64,000 nt of DNA from an uncultured Sediminibacterium sp. (GCA_964612195.1 CAZTDV010000011.1:4950-68949); one strand, 5' to 3'. Shown: positions 9,964 to 20,519, counted from the first letter of the stretch. The notes: generated by a model from the sequence alone, not told the origin. Translations and numbers: made by a program.

Positions 9964-10335
9964 CTAATGAATATTGTCAACGGTGGTATCCACAGTTTGT
10001 AATAAGCTCATGACTATTGGATAAAAATCATGTTTTTGTGGGTGCTTCTCATTCAATTTGTCTGCTATCTGTTTGATAGCCATTAATAAATTGTCTTTAT
10101 TAATACTCTCGGTATGAATATGGTTGGGCTTATGAATTTCAAAGTCATCTTTCAATAATTCCATTAAAGAAACTTCTAAAATTTTAGATAAGTCTTTAAC
10201 ATGCTTAACTGTAAGTTGTGTATAGCCATTCTCAATTTTGCTGTATGCATTTTGAGAAATCCCCATTTGCTTAGCAACAAAATCTTGGGTGTAATTTCTT
10301 TGTTCTCTAACTTTTCGAATGATTGTTTCTGGCAC
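9964..10335 (-). CDS. XRE-family HTH transcriptional regulator
   Basis: REQRNYTQDFVAKQMGISQNAYSKIENG HTH; GTG start. Confidence 0.88.
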   Translation of the reverse strand: MPETIIRKVREQRNYTQDFVAKQMGISQNAYSKIENGYTQLTVKHVKDLSKILEVSLMELLKDDFEIHKPNHIHTESINKDNLLMAIKQIADKLNEKHPQKHDFYPIVMSLLQTVDTTVDNIH

Positions 10336-10385
10336 TGTTTACTGTTTATGTATTAAATACATATTTAAGAAAATTTTGTTTAAAT

Positions 10386-11381
10386 CTATATTAAAAAACT
10401 TTCTATTTGTTTAAACCCATCCTCTGCTGGCAACTGTTCCCATAGTATAGCATAGATGGCGCTAGCAATAGGCATATTGGCTAAAACCGTATCATTGGTC
10501 TTAAAAATACACTTACTAGCAAAGTACCCTTCGGGCAACATATTGAGTTCTAGTTGAGCCGATTTAACCGAATACCCCTTTCCCAACATATTACCAAATG
10601 TTCGGTTTCTACTGAATAAAGAATAACAGGTTACTAATAAATCTCCTAAATAAACAGAGGCGGTATAATTTTTTTCGCTACAAGTTCCTGGGGCAATTTT
10701 TTCTAAAAATCCGCCCATTTCGTTGGCACAATTGGCAATATATACGCTCAGAAAATTGTCTCCATATTCTAAGCCATGGGCAATACCTGCCCCTAGCGCA
10801 TAAATATTTTTCATTACTGCCGCATACTGCACCCCAACTACATCGGTATTCACTACCGTATTAATATAATCTGTTTTAAAAAAAGCGGCAATAGAGGCAG
10901 TTTCTGCTTCATCAGCACCCGAAAATGTGAGATAAGATAATTTTTCCGCTGCCACTTCTTCTGCATGACATGGCCCTAATAAAGTAAAATAATTGTTCAA
11001 TGGAAATTGAACAGTCTCTGCTAAATACTCGTGTAATAATTGGTTCTTAGTAGGCGTAATTCCTTTTACCGCAGAAACAATTTTTTTACCCTGCCATTTT
11101 TCGGCTGAAACTTGCTCCAATGCATCTTCAACATAAGCGGAAGGCACTGCAATCACGAGAACGTCTGACGCTTCTATAACTGCGTTAATATCAGTAGTTA
11201 ATTGTAATTGTGCCGGGTTAAAATAAGCAGTGCTTAAGTAATGTGGATTGTGTTTTCGCTTCTTAAAATAATGAATACTATCCTCATTTCTAATAAACCA
11301 ATGAATGGTATTGCCGCTATCTGTGAGAATTTTTGCTAAAGCAGTTGCCCAGCTTCCACCTCCAATAATTCCAAACTGCAT
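10386..11381 (-). CDS. gpsA: NAD(P)H-dependent glycerol-3-phosphate dehydrogenase
   Basis: GGGSWATAL, GPCHAEEV, KNIYA, GDLLVTCYSLFSRNR. Confidence 0.96.
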   Translation of the reverse strand: MQFGIIGGGSWATALAKILTDSGNTIHWFIRNEDSIHYFKKRKHNPHYLSTAYFNPAQLQLTTDINAVIEASDVLVIAVPSAYVEDALEQVSAEKWQGKKIVSAVKGITPTKNQLLHEYLAETVQFPLNNYFTLLGPCHAEEVAAEKLSYLTFSGADEAETASIAAFFKTDYINTVVNTDVVGVQYAAVMKNIYALGAGIAHGLEYGDNFLSVYIANCANEMGGFLEKIAPGTCSEKNYTASVYLGDLLVTCYSLFSRNRTFGNMLGKGYSVKSAQLELNMLPEGYFASKCIFKTNDTVLANMPIASAIYAILWEQLPAEDGFKQIESFLI

Positions 11382-11419
11382 ATGGCTGTTTTATCGCTAA
11401 TAATTCAGCAAACATACAG

Positions 11420-11451
11420 AAAAACAAATGGACGGTAATTAGCCGTCCATT
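11420..11451 (-). terminator. Intrinsic terminator after efflux adaptor
   Basis: AATGGACGG/CCGTCCATT stem with a T-rich tail on the minus strand. Confidence 0.75.
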
Positions 11452-11473
11452 GTTGAAATATTATCTAAAGAAC

Positions 11474-12853
11474 TTATTCTTTTTTCTTCTCTTCAAACAA
11501 TTTGTCTTTTTCTACTATAGTAACCAAGTTGCCATCTTTTAGCATTTTACTTACAATTGAGTAAGGGCCTGTAATTACCTTATCGCCTTCCTTCACTCCT
11601 TCAGTAATTTCAATATTATTCAAATCTTGAATAGCGGTTTTAACTTTTACTTTTTTAACCTTATTGTCTTTTTGTAAAATAAATACCACTTCTTCAATAG
11701 AGTCATCAGCAGAAACAGATTTCTGTTCTGCTTTTTCTACTTGAGCTACTTTATTATCAGTTTTCTTCTCTTCTTTTTTCTCTTTCTGGTCTTCTTTGCT
11801 GTCTCTTGTTGTTACTGCATTTAGTGGAACAGATAATACATTGTATTTACTCTTGGTTTGAATATCTGCACTAGCAGTCATCCCCGGACGGAAAGGAAAA
11901 GATCTACCAGGAACAACTAAGTCTTTATAGCTTTCTTGTAATAAACGAATATGCACTTTGTAATTCGTTACTTCGGCACTTGCATTGGCAGTAAGGTTAT
12001 TACCAGTGCTAGGATTCGCAATTTTATAAACAATGCCTTTGAACTTTCTGCTGGTATACGCGTCTACTTCTACAATGGCTGTATCGCCTAATTTAACCTT
12101 TGGTATATCATTTTCACCAACATCAACCCTTACCTCAAAACTGCGCATATCGGCTACACGCATCATTTCGGTACCTACGTTAAAACTATTACCAGCAACA
12201 CGCTCCCCTTTTTTAATTGCCAATAAACTAATCACCCCATCCATTGGAGAAGTGATCAAGGTTCTTCCAATATCCTTATTAGCTCTGTTTAACTGTGCCT
12301 GAACACTTTGAACTCCAGCTTTAGCACTTTTGATTCCTTCCATTGCTGCATTGTAATTGGCTCTTGCACTTTTTACAGCTTGCTCAGCTTGTTCAAATTC
12401 TAAACGGCTGATTACTTTCTCTTCTAATAATTTCTTTTGACGATTGTATTGTGTTTCAGCTTGATCTAATGTGGCTTTAATTGCCGCAGACTGTGCTGTG
12501 GTATTAGAAACCTGTGCTTGCTGCTGACTAACTCCAGCTGCTACTTGGTCTCTTTGAGAATTTAAGATGTCTGCATAAATTCTTGCCAATACTTGACCTC
12601 TTTTAACGGTATCGCCCTCAGCAACAGTTAATTCAACTATTTCACCACTTACGTCAGGACTTATCTTTACTTCAATTTCAGGATAAACCTTTCCGCTCGC
12701 ATTAACGGTTTCAATAATCGTTCTGCGTTGTACCGCTTCAGCAGTAACTTTTATTCCTTCTTCTTTACCTATTACTCCTGCTTTCTTTAGGCCTATGATA
12801 ACGCCTATGATAACTACTAGGCCTACAATAATCCAGATTAACTTCTTGCTCAT
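11474..12853 (-). CDS. Efflux periplasmic adaptor (MacA/HlyD-like)
   Basis: N-terminal TM, lipoyl halves (VAEGDTVKRGQ; ITSPMDG), coiled-coil hairpin, FRPGMTA. Confidence 0.92.
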   Translation of the reverse strand: MSKKLIWIIVGLVVIIGVIIGLKKAGVIGKEEGIKVTAEAVQRRTIIETVNASGKVYPEIEVKISPDVSGEIVELTVAEGDTVKRGQVLARIYADILNSQRDQVAAGVSQQQAQVSNTTAQSAAIKATLDQAETQYNRQKKLLEEKVISRLEFEQAEQAVKSARANYNAAMEGIKSAKAGVQSVQAQLNRANKDIGRTLITSPMDGVISLLAIKKGERVAGNSFNVGTEMMRVADMRSFEVRVDVGENDIPKVKLGDTAIVEVDAYTSRKFKGIVYKIANPSTGNNLTANASAEVTNYKVHIRLLQESYKDLVVPGRSFPFRPGMTASADIQTKSKYNVLSVPLNAVTTRDSKEDQKEKKEEKKTDNKVAQVEKAEQKSVSADDSIEEVVFILQKDNKVKKVKVKTAIQDLNNIEITEGVKEGDKVITGPYSIVSKMLKDGNLVTIVEKDKLFEEKKKE

Positions 12854-12863
12854 GATTTGTTTT

Positions 12864-14324
12864 TTATAATTTAATGCCTTGACCTTTGTAAAATTCTAGT
12901 AGTTTAATTCTAAATATATAATCAAACTGATTATTCAATCTATCTAGTTTAGCTCTTAGCAAATTGTTCTGATTGGTAATTAAATCCAATGTGTTAGACA
13001 AGCCTGCTTCAAAACGTTTGCGCGCATAATCGTATGCCTTTTGAGAAGCTTCTACCGATTTATCACTCGCGTGAAAACGTTGAATAGCAGCCATTGCGTT
13101 GGTATGTGCTTGATAAATATTTTGCTGCAATGTTAAATCTGTTTGCTGTCTTGAAACTTGTGCTGTTCTTAAATTTAATTTAGAACGCTCATATCCCAAT
13201 TTAGCAGAACCCGCATTAAAGATGGGTATCTGAACGTTTAACCCAAAGTTTTGCCTAAAGTTTTGTTCTAGTTGTCCACCCCAACCACTCCACATCTGAA
13301 AGAAGTTTCTTTTAGAAGAAGTTAATTGAATATCTGGCTGAAATACTTGGTAGTTTTGGTTATTTACTGTTACAAAATTGGTAGTAGGTTTGGTACCAAT
13401 CACATTTGCTCCAGTAATTGTTGTAGCGGCATTAGCAAAGTTAGACCCCAATCCACCAAAAGCAGAAATGGTTGGATAAAATGCAGAACGTGCTCTTTTA
13501 ATAGAAGCTTCTGCCGACTTAATTCTTAAGTCACTCACTTTTTGTGCTGGTTGATTATTCAATGCTAATTGATATAAAAAAGCTGGGTCTAATTCTCCCA
13601 ATGGTTGCAATGGAATTTTGTCTACTGCAGGAATTTCTACATCAAATGAAACCGACATATCTAAGTTGATGGCAGCTTTCAATTGAATCACAGCTTGCTG
13701 AAAAGTTGCATTAGCACTAACCAATGAAGTACTGTCCCTAGCAAGTTGCGCCTCAATTTCAGCAGCACTTAACTCAGGTAATGCCCCAGCTTCAACTCGC
13801 TTGCGGGTAAAACCCAACTGAGACTGGGTTTGGCCTACTTGCACTTCAGCAATAGCAATTTGCTGCTTGGCAGCTACTACTTGCAAAAAGAAAGTGGCTA
13901 TACTTAATGAAACATCATTGGTGATTCTTTCGATATCTGCTAATGCGGCTTGAGCATTAAATCCTGCAATCTGTCGGTCTGCTTTCAATGCGCCCCAGTT
14001 AAATACAGTGGCATTCACATTCAGGTTTACCTGTTGGAACAACAACTGGGTAGTAGTAAACAAGTTAGTGGTAGGATCAATAGATCTACCAAACTGTGTA
14101 CCCAAATTGGTACTTGCACTCGCAGTGGGATATTGAGACAATTTGGTTCGCTCCACTTCCAATGCAGCTAATCTTGCCTGAATATCGGCTTGCTTTACCG
14201 AAATATTGTTTTTTGCAGCGTATTCCACACAACGCTGAAGGTTCCATTTGTCTGTTGAACCCTGCGCAACTATTTGCCCAGCGAACGTAAAACAACCGAC
14301 CATTAGTAATAGTAAATTCCTCAT
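12864..14324 (-). CDS. TolC family outer membrane protein
   Basis: Signal peptide, duplicated OEP repeats (IPIFNAG, RFEAGL). Confidence 0.92.
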   Translation of the reverse strand: MRNLLLLMVGCFTFAGQIVAQGSTDKWNLQRCVEYAAKNNISVKQADIQARLAALEVERTKLSQYPTASASTNLGTQFGRSIDPTTNLFTTTQLLFQQVNLNVNATVFNWGALKADRQIAGFNAQAALADIERITNDVSLSIATFFLQVVAAKQQIAIAEVQVGQTQSQLGFTRKRVEAGALPELSAAEIEAQLARDSTSLVSANATFQQAVIQLKAAINLDMSVSFDVEIPAVDKIPLQPLGELDPAFLYQLALNNQPAQKVSDLRIKSAEASIKRARSAFYPTISAFGGLGSNFANAATTITGANVIGTKPTTNFVTVNNQNYQVFQPDIQLTSSKRNFFQMWSGWGGQLEQNFRQNFGLNVQIPIFNAGSAKLGYERSKLNLRTAQVSRQQTDLTLQQNIYQAHTNAMAAIQRFHASDKSVEASQKAYDYARKRFEAGLSNTLDLITNQNNLLRAKLDRLNNQFDYIFRIKLLEFYKGQGIKL

Positions 14325-14428
14325 AGAACAAAAATAAGTTATTCGGCGAGGCTTTCACAGAATTTAGACAGACGGAAAGGAAAGGGATGGTTTTGTGTTA
14401 AAATTAGTATGAAAGGCAGTTTATAGCC

Positions 14429-15772
14429 TTATACTGGCTTTTTAAACCGTTGAGTTATGAAGTAAATGGCCATAAATACTGCTAAAACAGCCGTACCAAT
14501 AATAGCGGTATTGGGTGTTTGAATGGCTATGCTCACCCCAACAAAACAATAGGTTGCCATAAAAATCAAGGGCAATAAAGGAAAGAGCTTCATTTTATAA
14601 ATGCCCGTTCCGTCCAAATGCTTGGTTTGCTTTCTCAATTTAAAAATGGTGGCACTAGATGCAACCATACCAAAACAGTCCAAGAAAATGGTAAAATTTA
14701 AAATAGCATCAAAAGTTTGTGCAAAAAATAAAATGAGCAAACAAGTAAGGGTGAACACCGTTAATGACACCACCAATACCCCATTCTTTTCGTTTTGCTT
14801 AGAAAATATTTTAGGAATCGTTCCTTCATCACTCATGGCATACATAACCCTGGGATTACTCATTAAAAGAGCATTTACATAAGCCAGTACCCCAAAAAAT
14901 AAAAAGAAGGAGAAAATAGCTGCACCTTTTGCGCCAAATACTTTGTCTATTACTACATAAGCAATTTCTTTCTCTCCTTTCATTTGTTCAAAGCCTACAA
15001 TTTGATAATAGCTAAAATTGACTAATAAGTATAAACCAATAATAATAGCTATCCCAAAGAATATCCCTTTAGGAATACTACGTGCAGGATCTTTTACTTC
15101 ACTTCCAAAATTGATGGTCTGTTGGTAACCACCATATGTAAATGAAACTGCAATTAAACTATACCCCAAACTTTGTATCCAACTCATTTGTGGGGTTGGG
15201 GGGATTGTAGCTGTTGCCGACTCCGCAACCGCTGCGGCTGTAGTAGTATCGTAAGGGAAAAACAAAGCTGCTATCAACACCAAGATCATACTGATTTTGA
15301 TGATCATTAAAATATTTTGTGCGCGAGAACTCATTTTAAGTCCTCTCAAATTAATAATGTAAAATAATATGATGGCCCCTGCACTCAACAATGCTTTGTC
15401 TACATCTGTCCAAGGTGTCCCCGGAAATAGTTTAGCAATATATCCACTACCAATAATTGCCACCACACTTAAACTTGCGGCATTACTTATTAAAATAATA
15501 CAGTTAATAGCAAATGCAATACTAGGATGATAAGCATAAGAAAACACTTTATAATATCCCCCAGTCACAGGGAACCTGCTGCCAATTTCTGCATAAGTTA
15601 ATGCCCCACAAAGGGCAACAAAACCCCCAATTAACCAAGCAGCAAAATATACAGAGGGCTCAATGGCATGCTGGGCGCTGGTTGCAGCCGATCTAAAAAT
15701 ACCCATGCCTATTACTAAGCCCACCACAATCATGGTGAAACTAAAAACATTTAATTGTTGGTTCCCTTTCAT
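14429..15772 (-). CDS. APC family amino acid permease
   Basis: IGMGIF, ALTYAEIGSRFPVTGGYY, 12 TM. Start at ATG 15772; the longer ORF runs antisense through the riboswitch. Confidence 0.92.
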   Translation of the reverse strand: MKGNQQLNVFSFTMIVVGLVIGMGIFRSAATSAQHAIEPSVYFAAWLIGGFVALCGALTYAEIGSRFPVTGGYYKVFSYAYHPSIAFAINCIILISNAASLSVVAIIGSGYIAKLFPGTPWTDVDKALLSAGAIILFYIINLRGLKMSSRAQNILMIIKISMILVLIAALFFPYDTTTAAAVAESATATIPPTPQMSWIQSLGYSLIAVSFTYGGYQQTINFGSEVKDPARSIPKGIFFGIAIIIGLYLLVNFSYYQIVGFEQMKGEKEIAYVVIDKVFGAKGAAIFSFFLFFGVLAYVNALLMSNPRVMYAMSDEGTIPKIFSKQNEKNGVLVVSLTVFTLTCLLILFFAQTFDAILNFTIFLDCFGMVASSATIFKLRKQTKHLDGTGIYKMKLFPLLPLIFMATYCFVGVSIAIQTPNTAIIGTAVLAVFMAIYFITQRFKKPV

Positions 15773-15785
15773 AAGGATAAATATA

Positions 15786-15793
15786 TACATTTG
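15786..15793 (+). promoter_or_regulatory. -7 box for riboswitch/btuB transcript
   Basis: TACATTTG immediately upstream of the aptamer. Confidence 0.75.
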
Positions 15794-15799
15794 CTGCGT

Positions 15800-15972
15800 T
15801 ACTGGTTCATCTGCCTCAGTCAGATGATTAAAAGGGAAGTTCGGTGTAATTCCGGCGCTATCCCCGTAGCTGTAACCCACGCCGCAAGGCAAACTTTTGA
15901 ATCACTACAACCACTGTTCTGAAATGAATGGGAAGGATATTCAAAGGGTGGGAAGCCAGAAGACCTGCCAAT
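15800..15972 (+). promoter_or_regulatory. Cobalamin riboswitch
   Basis: AAAAGGGAAGTTCGGTGTAATTCCGGCGCT..CCCGTAGCTGTAA, CCACTG..TGGGAAGG, B12 box AGCCAGAAGACCTGCC; upstream of a TonB-dependent receptor and cob genes. Confidence 0.96.
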
Positions 15973-16101
15973 AGCAAACAAGTATTCACGGCTTTCGGGT
16001 GAAAAGCATGGAATCTAAAGTGCTGCTGCAGCAGTAATTTATTTTTCGCCGTTTTTTTATTTTCCTGGAAGCTCATTGTTGACCTTTAAATTAAATGGAC
16101 A

Positions 16102-18033
16102 ATGAGCAAAAAATTAACGCTCTTCCTAACCTTGCTAACAGGTACTGGCCTGTATGCACAAAAAGACAGTTTACGCACCAGTGTGCTAGACGAAGTAGTA
16201 GTTACTGCCAATAAGCAGGAACAAAAACAAAGTACTACAGGTAAAGTGATAACCGTAATTGGACAAGCAGAATTGTCTAAAAGTTCAGGTAAATCATTGG
16301 GCCAAGTATTGAATGAAACAGTGGGTATTACTATTAATGGAGCCCTCAACAATTCAGGCACCAATCAAACCGTATTCATGCGTGGTGCTAATAGCGGAAG
16401 AACGCTGATACTAATGGATGGTATTCCTGTGTATGATCCTTCGCAAATTGGCAATGAATTTGACTTGAATCTTTTTTCTATTAATGATGTTGAAAGAATT
16501 GAAGTGTGCAGAGGGGCCCAAAGCACTGTATATGGTAGTGACGCAGTTGCGGGTGTAATTAATATTATTACCGTAAAGCAAAATGTAAACAAACCCATCA
16601 ATGTAAAAGCAACATTAACTGCTGGCAATTTAAATAGTTTTAAAAACAATTTACAAGTGTATGGCAAGTACAAAAAACTAACTTATAGTTTGCGTAATGC
16701 AGGCATTAGCACGAATGGATTTAGTGCTGCAACGGATACCATTGGCAGCAGAAATTATGATGCAGATGGATATAAGGGCAATAGTACTAGTGCAGCAGTT
16801 CAATATGCTGTAAGCAATCAACTGTTGTTAAAAGGATTTGGGATGTATAGCCAATACCAAGCCGGCATTGATGCTGGGGTATTTAACGATGACAAACAGT
16901 ATTTATTAAAAAACAATTTATTAAATACAGGATTTGGCATGGTGTATAAAACGAAAGGCTTGCAACTTACGGCCAACTATCAGTTTAGTCAAACCAATAG
17001 GGGATACGAAAGAGATAGTGCCGACAAAGCAGTCTTTAGTTTTTATCAACGTAATAAATATTTTGGCAAAACACAGTTTGCTGAATTATATGCCTCCATT
17101 AAATTGAATAAATCTTGGTCTTTATTACAAGGCGTTGAATATCGCTTTGCTAGTATGAATAACCAATTTGAATCGGTGAGTAGTTTTGGACCTTTTAAAT
17201 CTGGTTTCAAAGACACAGGAATTCATCAATCTTCTGTATATAGTTCTTTACAGTTTAACAACCAGAAAGGTTTTTTTGCAGATGCAGGATTTAGGTTGAA
17301 TAAACATTCCATCTATGGCAACAGCAGCACATTTACTTTCAACCCTTCTTTTGCAGTTTCAGAACAGCTGCGCATATTTGGTAGTGTAGCTACTGCATTT
17401 AAAACACCCTCCTTGTTTCAACTATTTGATTCATTTAGTGGTAGAAGAGATTTAAAAGCAGAAACCAGTACCACTATTGAAGCAGGTTTTTCTCATAATT
17501 ACACTGGTTTTACCAGCAGGTTGGTGGCTTTTTATAGAAACACCAATAATGGTATTGACTACGACTATGTTCGCAACAAGTACTATAATTTTATTAAGCA
17601 AACTGCGTTGGGTGTTGAATACGAAACAAGTATTCGTTTAAGCAAGCATTTGCAAATGAATATGAATTTTAGTTACCTGAGCATGATTGATTCTACACAA
17701 AGCAGAACCAATTTTAAAGACACTGGCTATATATATGGGCTAAGAAGACCGGGCTTTCAAAGTAATATGAGTTTAAGTTATTCCAATGAGAAAGCAAGCA
17801 TTTCTATTGTAGGAAAATATGTAGGTAGCAGATCGGATATTGGTGGTTTTAGAAGAGCCGATGTTTTGTTACCTGAATATTTTATTTTGGGTGCTTATGC
17901 AGAATATCGTTTTGGCGAAAAGATAAAACTATTTGTAGATGCTCAAAACATCACTGGTAAAAAATTCACTGATTTAAGAGGATTTAATAGTATTCCGTTT
18001 TTAATTAACTCGGGTATTAGTATACATTTATAA
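16102..18033 (+). CDS. btuB: TonB-dependent receptor, corrinoid uptake
   Basis: LDEVVVTA TonB box, plug motif ERIEV.RGAQSTVYGSDAVAGVINIIT; under the B12 riboswitch. Confidence 0.88.
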   Translation: MSKKLTLFLTLLTGTGLYAQKDSLRTSVLDEVVVTANKQEQKQSTTGKVITVIGQAELSKSSGKSLGQVLNETVGITINGALNNSGTNQTVFMRGANSGRTLILMDGIPVYDPSQIGNEFDLNLFSINDVERIEVCRGAQSTVYGSDAVAGVINIITVKQNVNKPINVKATLTAGNLNSFKNNLQVYGKYKKLTYSLRNAGISTNGFSAATDTIGSRNYDADGYKGNSTSAAVQYAVSNQLLLKGFGMYSQYQAGIDAGVFNDDKQYLLKNNLLNTGFGMVYKTKGLQLTANYQFSQTNRGYERDSADKAVFSFYQRNKYFGKTQFAELYASIKLNKSWSLLQGVEYRFASMNNQFESVSSFGPFKSGFKDTGIHQSSVYSSLQFNNQKGFFADAGFRLNKHSIYGNSSTFTFNPSFAVSEQLRIFGSVATAFKTPSLFQLFDSFSGRRDLKAETSTTIEAGFSHNYTGFTSRLVAFYRNTNNGIDYDYVRNKYYNFIKQTALGVEYETSIRLSKHLQMNMNFSYLSMIDSTQSRTNFKDTGYIYGLRRPGFQSNMSLSYSNEKASISIVGKYVGSRSDIGGFRRADVLLPEYFILGAYAEYRFGEKIKLFVDAQNITGKKFTDLRGFNSIPFLINSGISIHL

Positions 18034-18041
18034 TTCACACT

Positions 18042-19067
18042 ATGCTTAAAGATCAGCTGCAAAACAAAATAAATAGCAAAACCAAGCCCTTGGGTGCACT
18101 GGGTTTGTTAGAAGAAATTGCATTACAAGTAGGTTTAATTCAAGAGACCACAGCACCTTATATTGCAAGACCTACTATTATGGTATTTGCAGCTGATCAT
18201 GGCATAGCTGCTACAGGATTAGTGAACCCTTATCCGCAATCGGTAACCGCTCAAATGGTCTTAAATTTTTTAAATGGAGGAGCCGCCATTAATGTATTTA
18301 CTCAAATGCATCAATTACAATTAACTGTTGTAGATGCTGGTGTAAATGCTGATTTAAGTCATCTTAATCAACCCAATTTTATTCATGCAAAACAAGGCAT
18401 GGGAACTGCTAATTATTTATTATCAGAGGCCATGACATACAATTCGGTATTGAGTAGTATTGAAAAAGGAAAGCATTTAGTGAATGAAGTTGCAAAAGCT
18501 GGAAGTAATTGTATTGGCTTTGGTGAAATGGGAATTGGGAACAGTTCTTCTGCTGCATTAATTATGCATGCTATCACTGGTATTCCTATTCATGCATGTG
18601 TGGGTAGAGGAACTGGCGCTAATGATGAGCAATTAACTATAAAAATAAATACATTAGAAAAAGTGGCTGCATTTCATCAGCTGCATACCCTAGGCAACGA
18701 ACCCTTAAAATTATTATGTGCGGTGGGTGGTTTTGAAATTGCCATGATGGTGGGAGCTTACTTAGCTGCTGCTGCGGAAAAAATGGTGATTGTGGTGGAT
18801 GGTTTTATAGCATCGGCTGCTTTATTAATTGCTGCTCAAATTGAATCGACTGTAATGAACAATTGCATTTTTGCGCATAGCAGCAATGAACAAGGCCATG
18901 CAAAAATGTTACAGCATTTAAAGGCAACACCTTTGCTGAATATTGGTCTTAGGCTGGGTGAAGGAACAGGGGCAGCATTGGCCATTCCATTGATTGAATC
19001 GGCTGTAGCTTTTTTAAATCAAATGGCTTCGTTTGAACAAGCTGGTGTAAGTACTGCGTCAGAATAA
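18042..19067 (+). CDS. cobT: Nicotinate-nucleotide--dimethylbenzimidazole phosphoribosyltransferase
   Basis: TKPLGALG, FAADHG, GEMGIGN, LRLGEGTGA. Confidence 0.96.
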   Translation: MLKDQLQNKINSKTKPLGALGLLEEIALQVGLIQETTAPYIARPTIMVFAADHGIAATGLVNPYPQSVTAQMVLNFLNGGAAINVFTQMHQLQLTVVDAGVNADLSHLNQPNFIHAKQGMGTANYLLSEAMTYNSVLSSIEKGKHLVNEVAKAGSNCIGFGEMGIGNSSSAALIMHAITGIPIHACVGRGTGANDEQLTIKINTLEKVAAFHQLHTLGNEPLKLLCAVGGFEIAMMVGAYLAAAAEKMVIVVDGFIASAALLIAAQIESTVMNNCIFAHSSNEQGHAKMLQHLKATPLLNIGLRLGEGTGAALAIPLIESAVAFLNQMASFEQAGVSTASE

Positions 19068-19089
19068 TTATCTTCATTCAAATTTTTTC

Positions 19090-19932
19090 ATGAAATACCA
19101 GTGGCTTCTCTTTAAAACAGCGTTGATGTTTTTTACTCGTATACCTGTGGGTAATCTTCCATTTAAACAAGCGCATTTACAAGCTTCAGCTAGGTATTTT
19201 AGTTGGGTTGGAATAGTCGTTGGTTTAACAGGAGCCATTGTTTTGGTATTGGCTGATTTGCTTTTTTCTCCCGCATTGACTGTATTGTTTTCCATGATTG
19301 CCACTATTTTATTAACAGGCTCATTTCATGAGGATGGATTTGCAGATTGTTGTGATGCTTTTGGCGGAGGATGGACTAAAGAAAAAATATTGACCATCAT
19401 GAAAGACAGTCGCCTTGGCACGTATGGGGTGGTTGGGTTAATCTTGATACTATCGTTAAAATTTTTATTGTTGTTAGAATTGATGCAATTCTTTCCCATT
19501 GAATTGGTTGCTATTACTTTAATAGCTGCACATGCCAATAGCCGTTTTTGGGCAACCACTATCATGCAAAAACTTCCTTATGTACAAGACATTGATACGA
19601 GTAAGTCTAAACCCTTGGCAGATCGAAAACTTACAAAAGGAGAGATGGGTGTACTTGCTTTGGGTTCATTGCTATCTCTTACCCTTGTTTTCATTTTAAT
19701 CTATAGCCCAATTGACCAACTAGACCATTTAATTTTTAGTTATGGATTTGCTAGATGGTTATTCTTTTTTATACTTTGGGTTCAAGTTCCCGCTTATTTA
19801 GTTCAAATATTTGCAGCTAGTTATTTTATGAAATGGATTGGTGGTTATACTGGAGATTGTTTGGGTGCCACACAACAGGTTTGTGAAATTGCATTTTATT
19901 TAGGATGTTTACTCTTATGGAAATTTATTTAA
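19090..19932 (+). CDS. cobS: Adenosylcobinamide-GDP ribazoletransferase (cobalamin synthase)
   Basis: FFTRIP, HEDGFADCCDAFGG, IMKDSRLGTYG, GGYTGDCLGA. Confidence 0.96.
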   Translation: MKYQWLLFKTALMFFTRIPVGNLPFKQAHLQASARYFSWVGIVVGLTGAIVLVLADLLFSPALTVLFSMIATILLTGSFHEDGFADCCDAFGGGWTKEKILTIMKDSRLGTYGVVGLILILSLKFLLLLELMQFFPIELVAITLIAAHANSRFWATTIMQKLPYVQDIDTSKSKPLADRKLTKGEMGVLALGSLLSLTLVFILIYSPIDQLDHLIFSYGFARWLFFFILWVQVPAYLVQIFAASYFMKWIGGYTGDCLGATQQVCEIAFYLGCLLLWKFI

Positions 19933-20519
19933 TTAGACATACCACCCCTAAAGTAGAAAAAGGCATCTGTTACGGACAGGCCGATTTAGATATTACCGAA
20001 ACCTTTTTAGAAGAAGTAGAAGCCATAAAACCTCATTTGCCTTCTGAAGGAGTAAAAATATATAGCAGCCCTTTACAAAGGTGTAAAAAACTAGCGGATG
20101 CCTTATTTGATGGGTTTGAAATTGATGTTCATGATGATTTAATGGAACTCAATTGTGGCCAATGGGAATTACTTCCTTGGAATGATATTCCTAAAGACGA
20201 GATACAACCCTGGATGGATGATTTTGTTAATGTACCTGTTCCGCAAGGAGAGAGCTATGTAGATTTACATAATAGAGTGGTAAATCGGTTTAATGAAATT
20301 GTTTCCAAACAAGAATCCGCAGTTATAGTAGCCCATGGGGGTGTTTTAAGAAGTATTCTATCTCATATTACTTCTACTCCTTTAAAAGAATCTTTTGATG
20401 CATTCACATTGCATTATGGTTGTGTAGTAAAAATTAATGTAAGCCAAGATAGTATGACGCATGAATTGCTCTATAATTACTCTAGACAAGGGAAAGAATG
20501 GCATAGACCCACTGTTTAG
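19917..20519 (+). CDS. cobC: Alpha-ribazole phosphatase (histidine phosphatase)
   Basis: YLIRH, SSPLQRC, VAHGGV; overlaps the cobS stop. Confidence 0.9.
   Translation: MEIYLIRHTTPKVEKGICYGQADLDITETFLEEVEAIKPHLPSEGVKIYSSPLQRCKKLADALFDGFEIDVHDDLMELNCGQWELLPWNDIPKDEIQPWMDDFVNVPVPQGESYVDLHNRVVNRFNEIVSKQESAVIVAHGGVLRSILSHITSTPLKESFDAFTLHYGCVVKINVSQDSMTHELLYNYSRQGKEWHRPTV

Noticed and set aside
11474-14324. TolC plus adaptor without an inner-membrane pump as a novel system
   Set aside because: Unlinked ABC components are commonplace in Bacteroidota, and nothing else here is unusual.
15773-16076. N-terminal extension of the permease and the 72-aa minus-strand ORF
   Set aside because: Antisense shadows of the cobalamin riboswitch and its leader.
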